Notes under the pieces: model-generated | What the model saw: only the letters and a program-made list of their open reading frames with translations | Database searches by the model: none | Told to the model about the DNA's origin: nothing | Position numbers and translations under genes: made by a program | Assembly (NCBI RefSeq): GCF_018977255.1 | Contig: NW_024704756.1 | Span: forward strand, 3,286,001-3,350,000 | Reading direction: 5' to 3' | Length of the DNA: 64,000 nt | Source: Callorhinchus milii | Lineage: Eukaryota | Shown: in pieces, positions 1-13,324 of the stretch | How positions within the stretch are numbered: the first letter of the stretch is position 1 | How the letters are laid out: every line of letters begins with the position of its first letter

Positions 1-720
1 AGCCCAATACGGAGCGTCGATTTCCACCCTCGCCGGGTGAGTTAGCGGCGAGGCTAATTTAGCTCAGTGCTTTTGAAACTGTGTCAGAAGAAAAGGTCTT
101 CAAAGGTTTCTTTTCTGGGGGGGGAAAAAGGGAAAAAAAAAGTTTTGCAAGTTTAAATTTTTTTTAAAAAAATTGAAATACCCGCCCAAAGCCGTTTATC
201 CCCCCCCGCCCCGCGCAGCGGAGGAACAACCCGCCCGATTGGGCGTGAAACCCGCCCAACCTGGGAACGCTCACAGCGGCACCTGGCAGCGGCGCATGCG
301 CAGTGAGCATGTCGTGTGCGCGCGGAAAGGGGGAGTGAGACGCCTGCGCAGTGAGCACGTGTGCGCGTGTGAGAGAGTGAGGCGCCTGCGCAGTGAGCGT
401 GTTGTGGGTGTGTGCGGGTGGGGGGGGAAGAGAGTGAGGCGCGTGCGCAGTGAGTCACCAGCAGCTGACCGGACGTGTGTGTGTGTGTGTGTGGGGAGCG
501 ACAACAAGGCCTGAGAGAGGAGGCAGTCAGTGGGGATTGGGCTCAGCTGAGAGCGGCGGCGGCTGTGTATATACACACACACCGGGGGGGGGAGAGGCAG
601 GAGAGCGGACCAGACACCGGCCATTCCTGCTCCCGCGGTGGTGGCGGCTCCAGGGTAAAAGCAGAGGCTCTGTCGGCGGCTCCATTCCTTCTCCGCCCGG
701 TCCTGGGGCTGTTGACTTAA
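1..720 (+). promoter_or_regulatory. CpG-island promoter and non-coding first exon(s) of VAMP7
   Basis: CpG-rich, with GC boxes (CCCGCCC), an inverted CCAAT near 238-242, four NRF1-like CGC(A/C/G)TGCGCA motifs at 292-454, and candidate donors GTGAGT at 37 and GTAAAA at 655 upstream of the acceptor before ATG 2102. Confidence 0.75.
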
Positions 721-1284
721 GGGGCTGTGTGTGTGTGTGTGTGGGGGGGAATGTAATGTCTCCATTTAACTCTTCCTCCCGTGTGTGAGGGAGTGGGGTG
801 TGGGGGGGGATTCGGTGTTGAGTGTGTGGAGCCTTCTGAGAGGCTGTGTTAATGGGGCACAACCCCTGATCTGCCCAACAGATTACCCCCCAGATAACAT
901 TGGTCATTTGCTTCCTGGTTGTCTCTGGGACGTTGCTGTGGGCATTTTATAGTAATATAACAGGGCGCTGTGTTTTGCCCACCAATATACACGGCCAATC
1001 CACTTTATATAGTATATCCTGTTAGTGTGCTTTGAGATGCGGTTGTGATGTGATCGTAAGGTGCTATATTAAATGCAAAGATTATTATATAACAATCCTT
1101 GGGATTTGAATCTGCCTTTCGTGCCGCAGAGTGCTTTGCAGGATTGCTGCACGGTGCGGTGACAGTATTTTGCAGGTGAATTGTCAAATTGGCCGCTGTG
1201 TTTGCATGCAAATGCACAGTCACTGCACTTCACAGGAAGGATCCTGTAAAGTGCTTTGGGCATCCTCCTGATGTGAATGGGGTT

Positions 1285-1603
1285 ATAATAATAATAATTC
1301 TTGCATTTGATATAGCGCTTTTCACGTTGGGAGGACGTCCCAAAGCGCTTCACAGAACACACTGTAAAGTGAATTGACTGTATATTTATGGGCGAACGCA
1401 GCAGCCAATTGCGCACAGCAATGTCCCACAAACAGTCGTAGATTGAAAATGACCAATTTATTATTGTTTTGGTTTGGAGGGATTATTATTAGGCTCTGTG
1501 TGGAGTAAGGAAACGTGCCCAAGGTTTCGCCCTCTGCCTGGAATTGAACTCAGGTCTCTCACTTGCAAAGCAAGTGCTCTAACTACTGAGCTACAGGACT
1601 CCA
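1285..1603 (-). mobile_element. Young tRNA-derived Deu-type SINE, full length
   Basis: tRNA-like head (TGGAGTCCTGTAGCTCAGT...GAGTTCAATTCC, A/B boxes), Deu-like core GTGGGACATTGCTGTGCGCAATTGGCTGC, L2-like tail and (ATT)n; near-identical to four other copies. Confidence 0.92.
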
Positions 1604-2101
1604 CAGTGAGGGCATTTGAGCAAAATTATTCCCTCCAGATGTAAAAGGGCAGTTTTTGATCTCGCAGTAAAATTGCCAATAAATACATTTCCCAAGGTCT
1701 GAGCAAGTTTTTACAAAGTGATCACTTGTAGAATTTTTCATGGCAATTTGACTTCTGTGAGGTCTTTTAATAATAATAATCATTGTATTTGATGCAGTGA
1801 CTTATCATGTTGCTGAGATGTCTCAATGTGTTTCACAGAATATATTGTAAAGTGAATTGACTGTATTTGTGGGTGAAATGTGGCAGCCAATCGCGCACAG
1901 CAGTGTCCCACAAACAATCGTGGATTGAGTGACCAATTTCTTATCAGGATTTAACTTTTTTTTGGGGGGGTGGGGGGGTATTTTAGGACAAATTTAAATT
2001 TCAGCTCTTCAATTACAAATGTGTAACTGACATTAACTGCAGTCTGCATTTTTTTTTACTGTGGTTTGACTTTGTCTCTTACGACATCTTTTAGAGCAGC
2101 C

Positions 2102-5100
2102 ATGGCAATTTTGTTTGGGGTAGTCGCACGTGGCACCACTATCCTCGCAAAACATGCCTTTTGTGGAGGGAATTTCTTGGAAGTGACTGAACAGGTACTG
2201 GCAAAGATTCCATCAGAAAACAACAAACTGACCTATTCCCATGGAAAGTAAGTATGGTGAAGGTTTTGGCTTATGAAGCCTAATGGCGTGCATATGCTGG
2301 TTGATTTGGTGACAAGTTTGCTGAATTTGAATATATATGTGTGTAATTAATTCTTAATCTGTGCTTCTCTGAAATAATGCATTGTAGTGAATCCTCTTCC
2401 TGTCAGAGGGCCCATTATAGCCATATTGTAGCTTTTTAAAAATAAAATAGCAACGCTTAAAGCCGTTCTGTAACATTGATGACGAGAATGTGAAATCACT
2501 GGCAAACTGCAGGAATATGGACGTGAATCTGGAGAGATTGGAACCTGCTGGAGCTTGTTGCTGCTGTTTACAGTGTTATCTGAACTTTTCACAGTTGTAA
2601 CCTTGTAACCCATGTGATGTGCTCTCACACAACTAAAGAATCTGGTGTTTGAGTTGTATTTCTTGCAACAAAAAATCTTTTGTGCTCAACAAAGTGAGGA
2701 CTGTGTGTATTGGAAGTAGTACAATGTGGAAAGAATATAGCATATAAGCATATTTGTTTTTCTTCAGCAAACAAGACTTAATTCAATCTTAGAACATTCT
2801 CTGCTGCACCTGTGCCTTTTCTTACACTGACCATCATGTGGCAACTTGGAATGCTATTGCCAATTATTTGCCAATTTAGGGACTAGTTTTTCCCTGTGGA
2901 CCAATGTCCATGGAATTGTTGATACCTCCCTAAACTGATTTTATGTTAGAATAGTACAGATTCCATCATTCTCGGCTGCAACCAGGCCTGAGAGATGATG
3001 AGAGGTTACTGTACAACTTTTTTAAAAGCGAAACAAAGGCTAGTGAACAATAAATAAATGAATTAATGGTGAATTTTCATTTATCTTATTGAAGATGAAT
3101 GACACGATTGTTGGGTTTAAGTATGCTATAGATTAATAAATGTATAAAATACAGATTTCTCTTCTCCCCCACTTGGTGACTAAATTAGCAATCTGTCACA
3201 CAGTACAACAAATTACATTTACACAGTGCCTTTCATGTGAGGAGGACATGGGGTGAGGGGACTGGAATAAAGATCCATGATGTGGGGCCAAAGAGGCTAA
3301 AGGCCTGCCTGCTGATGGTAGGGCAGACTGATGCTGTACACCAGAATATTGATAATGATGAAGCCCCCAAAAATGTAACTGTTGCCACTGCTGCATAACT
3401 AACCACTTTCTATTTCTCCACAGCTACTTATTTCATTATATTTGCCAGGATAGGATAATCTACCTGTGCATCACAGATGATGTAAGTCTGGAATCTTGGT
3501 TTAATATTGGGGTTTAGAAGCATATGCCTTGAGTTTGTGTGGAGTTTGTTGTTTCTAAGTAATTAGTCTTCCAAATGCAATTTTCAAAAGTGAGTTTGAC
3601 ATCTATTGTGGCATGCTGTAGGCATGTTTTTTTTAACTTGTTTGATTATCGATTTCAATTGCAAGATGCTTTGTCTGTGGAGAAACCTGGTCCATGTAGA
3701 ATCATATTACAATACAGGAGGAGGCCACTTGGCCCATCCTGCCAGTGCCGGCTCTTTGGAAGAGCTATCCAATCAATCCCACTCAAGTACGAATCCAATT
3801 ATCTTTTCAAACCTTTACGTAACTTATGTACAATACCTTTTTTGCTGGAAGAATGTCTTAAACGCCTTTTGCAAAGGCTGAGCTGGGAGGGAGTGTGGAG
3901 GGAAGTGGCCCCAATATACAATATCTAGGTCTTCAGATGGGATTTGGAAGGGGGTGAGATGGATTTTTCAGGAGAATTTCATCCGTTCCAATAATATTCT
4001 CTCCTTTAATGTTGTACAGGACTTCGAAAGGTCCAAGGCCTTCTGTTTTCTAAATGAAATCAAGAAAAGGTTTCAAACCACATATGGTTCAAGGGCTCAG
4101 ACAGCACTGCCTTATGCAATGAACAGCGAATTCTCCAATGTGTTGTCTGCACAGATGGTGAGTACCTGGCAGTTTCAACTCGGAGATGTCCATAAACTGT
4201 TTTGTGTAGTAATTGTAGTAGATGCACTGCAAGCCTAGAATAGTCAATTACATTGCACATGTGGGGAGCAACACACAGTGATTCTAGACAGCTGCTTTGA
4301 GTTGGAGTGTGTAATATACATGTGTTGCTTAAACATTGGGTTCGATATGTCTGGTTTATAGCTGGTAATCTTGGTTGCTGATTCTGCACAAAATAACCCA
4401 CTATTTACATTATTGATTCCCTTTAATATTTATTAAAAAAATTCCAATGAGAGTATATTTATTTTCATAACTGTTCTTAAACCTGGCATTGTTCTTCTCA
4501 ATCGCTTCCATAGCCTCTGTCTTAGCTACAGTCGTTCAATGTGGGCTCGGTGAGCCTTTTTGGTGTTGTTAATCTTTCACTTGTAATTGAACAAACTAGT
4601 ATTTGTTGTGAAATACCTTAGTTATGCTGTGTGCTGAGTAGACATGGTGCATGATTGGGTTGCTTATGGAACTAGTTTTTGTATTGAAATATTCTGTTAA
4701 AATGACATCAGCAGTTTCTGTAGACATTGTCACCAGTTTGCTTTCAGTTTCAGCAATGTGCATTGTCTTTGGAGAGCAATACCTTTCACAATGTTGCTGT
4801 CAATCTGCACTGAATACTCTAACCTGCATTAATATAAATGTTTACTTCTTCACCACATGAGCAAAGACATAGCCCAGGGGTAGCACAAATCCATACAATC
4901 TAGAAAATGTCAGATTTCTCAGTCTTTGCCAAGTTAGGTGTTTCAGCTGCTCCAGCACTTGGAACGTGACAATCTCTCTGCTCATGGAAAAAAATTCAGT
5001 CAGTGTTCCTCTCCTGACTTCTGTTCAGTGACCTCCATATGTGTATACATCAAGTGAGAATAGGGTAGGGCTCTGATGTCAAAATAATTTGCTGAAGCCC

Positions 5101-8100
5101 TTTCTGCAGCTTCAAGAGAAGTTGTATTGGACAGAGCTTATTTATGTAGGCATTGGCAATAATTGTTACCAGACTGTAGTTAATGTCAGCATCTTTATTG
5201 GTCTGCCCAAGTCAACTAGAGTGGGTCAGACAATCTGTTTTCTGCATGTAGAATATGGGCTACAACAAATAGGATTAAGACTGAAACTAGTACATTGAAT
5301 CTATTGTGCTCTTCTATACTGAAGACAAAAACTGATGGACAAAGTGGGATTTGTGCTTGTGTACATGCCTTGCTTTGGTACAAAGTAATGAACTGTGTTT
5401 GTATCTCTGGGTTGGTCTTTGTGCCAAGCCATATAGTCTTTGGAGAAAGAATATCTTGTTCTCAAATGTTTAATGCTGTTATCTCTTATCAGTGATGACC
5501 AAACTGACTATCAGCCCTCTGGCTCATGGCTCTCATTGTGTAATCCATGTGGTGCATCTATATTTTCAAGCTGCCTTATAAGCAGTATTAATTTAATAAG
5601 GATAGCATAGAGGACATTTGGTTCAATCTGACAATTTGCATTTATGTAATGCTTTTAACAATATGAGATTAATTAGAAACGGTCAGTTTAAAAGTAGAAA
5701 TGGAGACTTGGGGCCCAAATAATAATTGGCAACAAATGGTCTTTTAATCTAATGCATTGCATTAAATTCTATTTTCACATGGAATAATGTGAACTCATTA
5801 CTAATGTACACCATTATCCTCAAAGCTAGTGGTTTAATGGTGTGGTATCTTTAAAAGACCACGTTGTCGGTGTTGTATTGAAGCCTGTGGATTTTAAATA
5901 CATAAGCTAGGCTGACACTCCAATGCAGACCTGGGGTGTGCTGCATTGCAGGGAGGTGGTGACATTAGGATGGGATATTAAACTGAGATTCCTCTCTGCC
6001 TTTGCAGGTGGACACTAAATTTCCCATGGCACTAAAAAAGAGAAGGGATGTTTAACCCAGTTTTCTGGCCAACAATCCTGTAGCCCTTCAATTCATGGCT
6101 GTTTGTTGTGCATTGCTCTGCAAATGGGCCGTCACTTGCTCCTATAAATGGTCACTACACTTTTACTGGATATCCTGAGAAATGTTTTGATGTTGTTCTG
6201 AGTGAAAGATGCTATTATACAATGCAAGTATTATTAGCGTTAACTTTTAAATATTTTCTTTTCAGAGACATCTTTCAGAAAACAAGAGCACAGACCGTCT
6301 TACAGAGACACAGGTGCAAGTAGATGAGTTGAAAGGAATCATGGTTCGAAATATCGGTACGTACCAAAATGTGGAACTTTGTCTTTTGAAAAGGGAATAA
6401 TGAAGGTTCTCTGCCACGGAGCACCATTTACTGTTGCCTCACACTGTTCCCTGGCCGAGTGGGTTTTAGTGCTCCATAGGCTACTGGTAGCTTGATTCCC
6501 CGAGGCTTGTGATTTATTACCTGATTCAGAACATACCCCGTTGCCAGATGAAATGATGCCAGCATGAAGCTGCACTCTGGGCTCATCGTGTCACATCTTT
6601 GAGCTACCAGTATTGTTTAAAAAAAAAAAATTGGGGTGGGCACTCCACTGGGCAGCCAGGTAAACCCATCACTGTGTCTAAGAGTGTCCAAACCAAACTG
6701 AGAATCCCATGCATCTCACCTACACATTGAAATCCCAGAGAAAGATTGTCAAAATGGATTGCACACACTCTCCCTGGAGGAACGCATCCTACTTACCTTA
6801 TTCCTGTAAGTATTAGGTGTAGGTTGGCAACAGCCAAGGCTTGAGAACCCAGAGTGTGCGTCAGAGTACTGCTGGAGTCCAATAGGCTAGAACCGCATAG
6901 CTTACAGGCTGGCAGGCTTTCCTGCTGCTTGTCCCACTAGGACCACCCTCCTTGTTAAGGCTGTATTACTACATTCACGGTATCACACCTTACTATACAG
7001 ATAATACTAATTGTTTAGCTGATCATGGATGAAATGAGCCATTCCTGATTATAATAACATAAGGATCTGTGCGACTCTGTAATTAAATACAAGATGTGTG
7101 AGCTTTATAAGTCCCCTCTTTCCTGCTGTTGTGGCACTTCAGTAGAATATTAAGTGAAGTCTGACTTTTATCTTTGACCTCTTGTGATGACTAGAGACCC
7201 ATGGCTTCCAATAAAATGTTCAATTTAAAGAGCAGCTTAAGTTAGATGTGAAGACTTGTGGAACAAATGTTGTGGTTTTGTTTCTTTTCCAAGTTCACCA
7301 AATTTATATGCTTGTTTTTATACAGCAATCCTGTTTTGTCAGAATTGAAATGTATTAGCAATGTACTTCAGTCAGAAATAACCAAATTTAGTTTCCTGTG
7401 TTTGTTTTGTTTGGCTGCCTGTTTTCTTTATGGCTTGACTTGGTGCTTTTTTTTCCCCCATCTGCAGATTTGGTGGCTCAAAGAGGGGAAAAATTAGAGC
7501 TTCTAATCGACAAAACTGAGAATCTAGTAGATTCGGTGAGTTTCATATATTTTTATACGCTTCAAAATGTTACTAAAAACAAAACCATTAGTGCTAGTAC
7601 TGGGGGGTGTGTGTGTTAAAGTGAGCACAAATCTGCTCACATTGTACTGTGCAATGGACCAGTGTGATCTTTTGCTCTCGGCTTGAAGAATGCAAGAGCA
7701 ATGGTGGGGACTGGAGCTTTACTGCATTAATATTGGCACAGTGTAGATTACTTCAGTGGAGATGAGGAGAAGCATGCTGGATGAGTTTGAGCCTAGGTTT
7801 GATGTGCTCGTACAGAATTGCATCAAAATTGTCAGTGAGTGAGCCCGACAATGGTGGAACAGAGGACACGAGGGACATGCAGAAGGCTGGAGCCAGATGA
7901 GCGGAGGCAGCAGATCAGAGAGGTAGGGAGGTGCCAAGGCATGAAGGGATTTGAAAATGAGTAAGGATCTTGAAATCTATCTGTTTTGGTGATAGGGGGT
8001 CTATGGAGCCTGGCTAGAACTGGTCATGCTGTGAGCCCTGGAAATAAAGGCACTAGGTAGCCTTGTCTTTGATAGGTTTTGCAAGGTTCACTCTCTAGTC

Positions 8101-10028
8101 CAGCACAGGATGGAGTTTCAGAGATGAGACTTGCTGGAGAAAACCAAACTTCGAGACTGCTTTATCAATGGGGTGGAAGGTATGAGAATGCCATCTAAGA
8201 TCAGAAAAGATGGCGGGGCTGAGATTAATCAAAAGGATCGCGTGGAGGCAATAAAGGTAGCTCTTGTTTGGATTTGTGAGATGAGGTAGCATTAGCATTT
8301 GAAAGCAGATTTCCGTTGAATTGTTATCTGGATAAGAGTTTGACTTCTTTTTCTTCCCCACCGCCCTTTGGTTTCTTCCTTAGTCGGTCTCATTTAAAAC
8401 CACCAGCCGAAACCTGGCCAGAGCAATGTGTATGAAGAACCTCAAGCTGACTTTCATTATTGTCATTGTTGCCATTGTAAGTATACGCTTCTCCAACATG
8501 TATAATGTAGGTGTGACGTGTGACCTTGTGCTGTCTCGCAGTGGGCAGTGCCTCCCTCTATAAGAGCCAAGTCTTTCATTGGAAAGTGAAAAGACACAAG
8601 TGTCTGAGGACCTTGTAGTATGGAATAGAATTGCAACATCGTTGAATTTTTTTTTCTTTCTCCTCCCCCTCTTTCTCCCCCCCTCCCTCCCTCCCACTAT
8701 GTTGCACAAAACGTTGTTACTTCCTTCTGTTTTTCAATGTTCTCTGTATTGCTGCCAGTGTTCAGTTACCATTTGGGTTCTTAATGAACACAGATGTGCG
8801 GGAGGGAGGGGAGAGAAACCAGATATTTTGGTGGAAGTAAATAAGGTAATTAATCTATTAGACTCTCCCTTCATATATAATTATCAAATGACACTCCCGC
8901 CTTGTAACAACTGCTTCGAAGCTCCTAATTAAAATCGTAACTTCTCCAAAAGTGCTGGGAGGGTAAGGTTTTTGGCTCAGTTATGAGTATTGAACTACAG
9001 TCACGAGTATTGAAGCTGATGTGAGTCATGCACATCCTCTGTCCAAACAGTGTGCAGGAGGTCGGTGTGGATAGACAGTAAGTGGTGTTTAGGGAGGCTT
9101 CCTCACACTAGCTGGGCCCTGAACCAAAGGCAATATCTCGGTAACTACTCATTTTCAACTCTACACAGACTAACATTTAAGGAACAATCTCAAATCTTAA
9201 TTCATGATTGGATTTCTTATTGCATGCAATACATATTACCTAAAAACTCAGGTTAGCAGGATCAACCAAACCATCACTTACCCTACCTCCCTCCTTTTTG
9301 TGACCATTTCCAGCAGAGATCCTCTTCAGTGACTTTTCCGAGGGCTATCAAACTCCGTGATCCCATTTTCACCCGACTCCATTGGCTCCCTATCCTTCAG
9401 AGGATCCAGTTCAAAATCCTGGTCCTCACCTACACAGCCCTTGATGATCTCGCCTCACCCTATCTCTGTGACCTCCTAACTCCCGACCATGAATCTCATC
9501 TGTCCCTTTTACTGAATTGCTGTATTCTCTTGGAACCAAGAATATATTAAATACAAACCATTATTGTGTTTTAATGACTTCAAAGAATAACTAGTGAAAG
9601 GTAATTCCTCCTGACTCTTAAATTGACCAAGGGAGCATAAGATCAGGTCTGTTATTCGAAGAGTTGAGGGGAAAACTGGAAGCATTTTTTTCATTTAGAG
9701 GATTATTGAGAAGTGGAATCTTTGTCACAAGTAGCTATGATAACAATTTAAAAGGTAATTGGATAAGTGAAAACAGTATATCCTGTGAAGCGCTTTGAGA
9801 TGTCTCAAAGATGTGATAAATAACTATATTAAATATTATTATTAGGAGTATTAAAAAAAAGCAACATAATGCTGGGAATTAGGATAAGAATGGAGAGCGA
9901 CCAGGCAGGAGAATTCAATAAATCTCTGCTTCAGTGTTGCTCAATCATTGTTCTTTCAGATTGTCGTTTACATCATTGTATCAGCTGCATGCGGTGGACT
10001 GTCGTGGCCACATTGCGTCAACAAATGA
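2102..10028 (+). CDS. VAMP7: Vesicle-associated membrane protein 7 (longin R-SNARE), 7 coding exons, 220 aa
   Basis: Exons 2102-2247, 3424-3481, 4020-4157, 6266-6356, 7468-7535, 8384-8476, 9960-10028 (146+58+138+91+68+93+69=663 nt), all GT-AG with consistent phase. Translation MAILFGVVARGTTILAKHAFCGGNFLEVTEQVLAKIPSENNKLTYSHGNYLFHYICQDRIIYLCITDDDFERSKAF...VDELKGIMVRNIDLVAQRGEKLELLIDKTENLVDSSVSFKTTSRNLARAMCMKNLKLTFIIVIVAIIVVYIIVSAACGGLSWPHCVNK matches the vertebrate VAMP7 longin + SNARE + TM layout. Confidence 0.98.
5905..6235 (+). mobile_element. Ancient Deu-domain SINE relic (SacSINE1/AmnSINE-like)
   Basis: GGCTGACACTCCAATGCAG...AAACTGAG...GGTGGACACTAAATTTCCCATGGCACT...CTGGCCAACAAT resembles the Deu domain. 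Similar relics lie at 44350-44700 (+), ~48030-48235 (-) and ~63565-63615. Confidence 0.6.
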
Positions 10029-12360
10029 GCAGAAATTGTGGTCCTGTTGGTTGGAAGAACAGACTGATTAAAACCTGAGTTTGACCACTGGCACAAAATG
10101 TTCACAGGAGACCCGTGTGTTAAATTTATTTTGTTTCTTCCGCCATAGGTTGAAAGGCTGTAGTTTTTTGCTTGCCTTATTTTTCACACCTTTTTATACT
10201 TATTAATTAAAGGAGTTATTGCATTACAACTGAAATAACAAATATTTTATTCTTAGGGCAGTATTCTGTGATCGTGGAATTCAAATTGTTCAAATAGCTT
10301 TTGAGTTTTAATTGATATAGTGCATTCTGAGCTATTTAATTCAAATCTGTTGAGCACTTTCTAAAATTGTATGCAGATTTTCCTGTGGCCAACTGTCCCT
10401 TGTGGTGACAACTGTGATTAAGACTGTGAAAGAAATCCTTACATTGAAGGCAGGCACCACATCTGGTTTGGACCCTTACCCCTCAAATAGAGTTGTCTTG
10501 TGAAGTCCTATTGGGAACAGTGTGATGTTCTTGATTGTCTAGGTGGAAATGGATATAACTGGTTCTGTTCCCGTGTGAACTGGCTAGAGATATCAGAACA
10601 GTCTTGTCTACCTCTGGATGACAAAGAAGGAAATGGGGGAGGGGAGGAAGGGACCTTAGTTGTGAAGTCCAAAATGAAGATTTGCTTTTCACGGCAACTT
10701 GGAATGCTAGCACAGTATTAAGCAAAAGTGACTTGGAAGGGATTTTAATTTGCCCAATTGAACAGCAATCATTACTAAATTAATGTAAAAAATGTAAATA
10801 ATTTTCTTATTGCTAGTCATGTGGCCAGTATGTGTACAGTACATCTCAACAAACGGTTAAAGCAGGTGTGGTGCAAATATTAGTTATTGTGATTATAAAT
10901 AATTGATAGTAATGCTGCTTTATGGACAACTGTTAATCTGTGCTTGCCTTTTTTTATAGTTCATATCTTGAGAATTTGTGCTGCTTTGAGCCCTTTGCAG
11001 ACAATAAGAAGCATGAATGTAAATGTTTCGCTGACTTTTTTACAGAAATGGATTCTTCAATACTCGAGTGTCGCCTGTTTACCCCAGGGGCCTGACTAAC
11101 TTGATGACTGTTCTTTCTTGGGAAGTGGGGTAAAGCTCCGTGAAAAATGATCTTATTGGTATCCAAACATGGAAACTTTCCGATATTGCAAAATGAATAT
11201 GACTTGAGCTTATGCTTTCATTGAGTTCTCCCTATATTACAAGTGGTTCCTGGACAACAGTAGTAAATGATATGGCTTTTTCCCTTTGGATCACTGTCCA
11301 GAGTATTTATGAGGGATTACATGGCACAGTGAATAACTTTGTTCTTCACATGTGGGCTATGCATTCATATCTAGTCAACGGGTGAAATTGCAAAGACTCC
11401 CAGAGTTTGGCCTGTTTCAGTCCACTTCTTATTGATGTGTGGGAACTAGATATGTATTTCTACCCATCTTCAGGTCAATGTCCCAAAATTGATAACCCAA
11501 TTCAACTAATCCATGTTGGGTGCAGGCATGTTAGCAGTTGTGCTGTGTGTATCAATGGTGGAATAAAGATGAGGGGTGCATGACCAAGTGGCAAATGACA
11601 ACCAGTGATAGTGTAACAGGTTTTCTCAGTAAGAGCCAGTGTGTTTAAATGCCCCAACTTGGAGATTCAAGTTGATCACTGGGGTCACAAATGTGTCTTT
11701 TTCCCAGTGATGTGCATGTATTTTATGTCTGTCAATTCAAATCTATTAATGAGCACCTAACTTGATAATCTCTATCTGGACTGTTGCATTAGGTGTAGCT
11801 GCATGGTTGTGTTCTATATCCCACATCCTTGCCTTAACACTTGCTAATGTAAAACTTTGAGAAACGTGTGATCCCTAAAGCCTGGATTTAATGGAGTTCC
11901 TTTTTTTAAAAAATGTTTACATATTAAAAGCATCTCAAGCAATGTGTAACACAGAGCAACTAATTTTCATAACTGTAAATTGAGCAATTTTAGATTAATA
12001 CACTAATCCTTAATGTAATTCTGATTATCTTGTGCTCTAACACTTGCACTCTGTGATATGCTCACCCTGCCCCCTCATTAAAGCACTTTCTGATATAATA
12101 CTTCCATGTGAAATGCCCTCTGTAGATGCTGATTGTATCTGTCCCTAGAAAATGCCAATATATTGATTAGGATTGCCGTCCATAACCGTTTTAAATCTTT
12201 TAAAAATGGGAATGTAGTAAAATAAATCAATAGAATCTTACTCTTGTTAATGTGTCTTGTAATAAGTACATCAATTGTGGCTGCATATAAAGGGGTTTTT
12301 GCTCTTGTACTTTGCATTACATTGAATGGCAAAAATAAAACATTTAAACAATCTTGTTTT
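10029..12360 (+). other. VAMP7: VAMP7 3' UTR with likely polyA signal AATAAA 12334-12339
   Basis: AT-rich, repeat-poor stretch after the stop. AATAAA at ~11561, ~12222 and 12334; the last is followed by T/GT-rich sequence. The exact end is inferred. Confidence 0.55.
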
Positions 12361-13324
12361 CTTAAATGTCAAACGTAAGACAAAATATTTCCAGTTAGTT
12401 TTGTAAGGGGTGAAGCTATTGTGAAATTGGTGAGACTTTGGTTGATCAGGTCCAAAACTAAAACAATTATTTGATGATAGATCTGATTTAGCTTGATACA
12501 AGTTTGGTTAGACATAGGTGGCCTGATCTGATGCCTGGAAGCTTCCTTTCAGATTTTTTTATGAATGGTGCAGTTTTTATTGGGGTTTTGTAACTATGTG
12601 GAAGATTCTTGGAATGTTAGTACTAGCCTCCAAATCCCTGACTATCCAGTGCCTTGGGAAGGTGCTATAGAAATGTAATTTGTTATTGCCCTCTAATGAA
12701 TCCAGATTTTGTAGTTGGCATTGGTGATTTTAAAATAAGGCTGTTTTAACTGTGGAAGGGCAGGGGCAACAGTTCCCTCAGGTCTGTCTAATTGACAATT
12801 TTACTGACTGCTTATTTCTCAAGTGGTCAGTGGGTGTCATTTTCATGCCCAGAAAAAAGATAAGGAATCTCATATAGTGGTAGCAAGTGGCAAGATAACC
12901 TTACATGTGGTCAGTATGATGTGTATTGGAATGAATCTGCCACCTTGAATACATGCTGTTCCTTACCTTAAAACATGCAGGATCAAGCTTCTCATGGCTT
13001 GCAAAGTATGTCTTCACCATGATACTTCCAAGTATGATCCTTACTATGTCCTGCCTGCAGGTGTTGTAAACAGATGCTTGACTTCACCAAGTCCCACTTA
13101 GGCTGTAAATCCAAATTGAAGCTTTCATTTATATAGATACTGTTGCTTCTCTCTTGCAGAAACTTGAAACTAAATGTGTGTGAAGCAATAAGAATTACAA
13201 GCTTCAAATCTTGCATACTGCATCCATTGGTGCTTTAAGCCAAGGCTAACTGTGGAGAACATTTTAATTATGAAGTTCATTCATATCCCTTAACTTCAGC
13301 TGTTCCCAGACTTGAAGAATTGAC

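Noticed and set aside
153-907. Multiple overlapping ORFs at the window start
   Set aside because: Stop-poor GC/GT-rich promoter DNA with no recognisable protein.
8542-8589. Possible alternative terminal exon of VAMP7 (WAVPPSIRAKSFIGK*)
   Set aside because: Requires a 65-nt intron and truncates the TM helix; no homology support.
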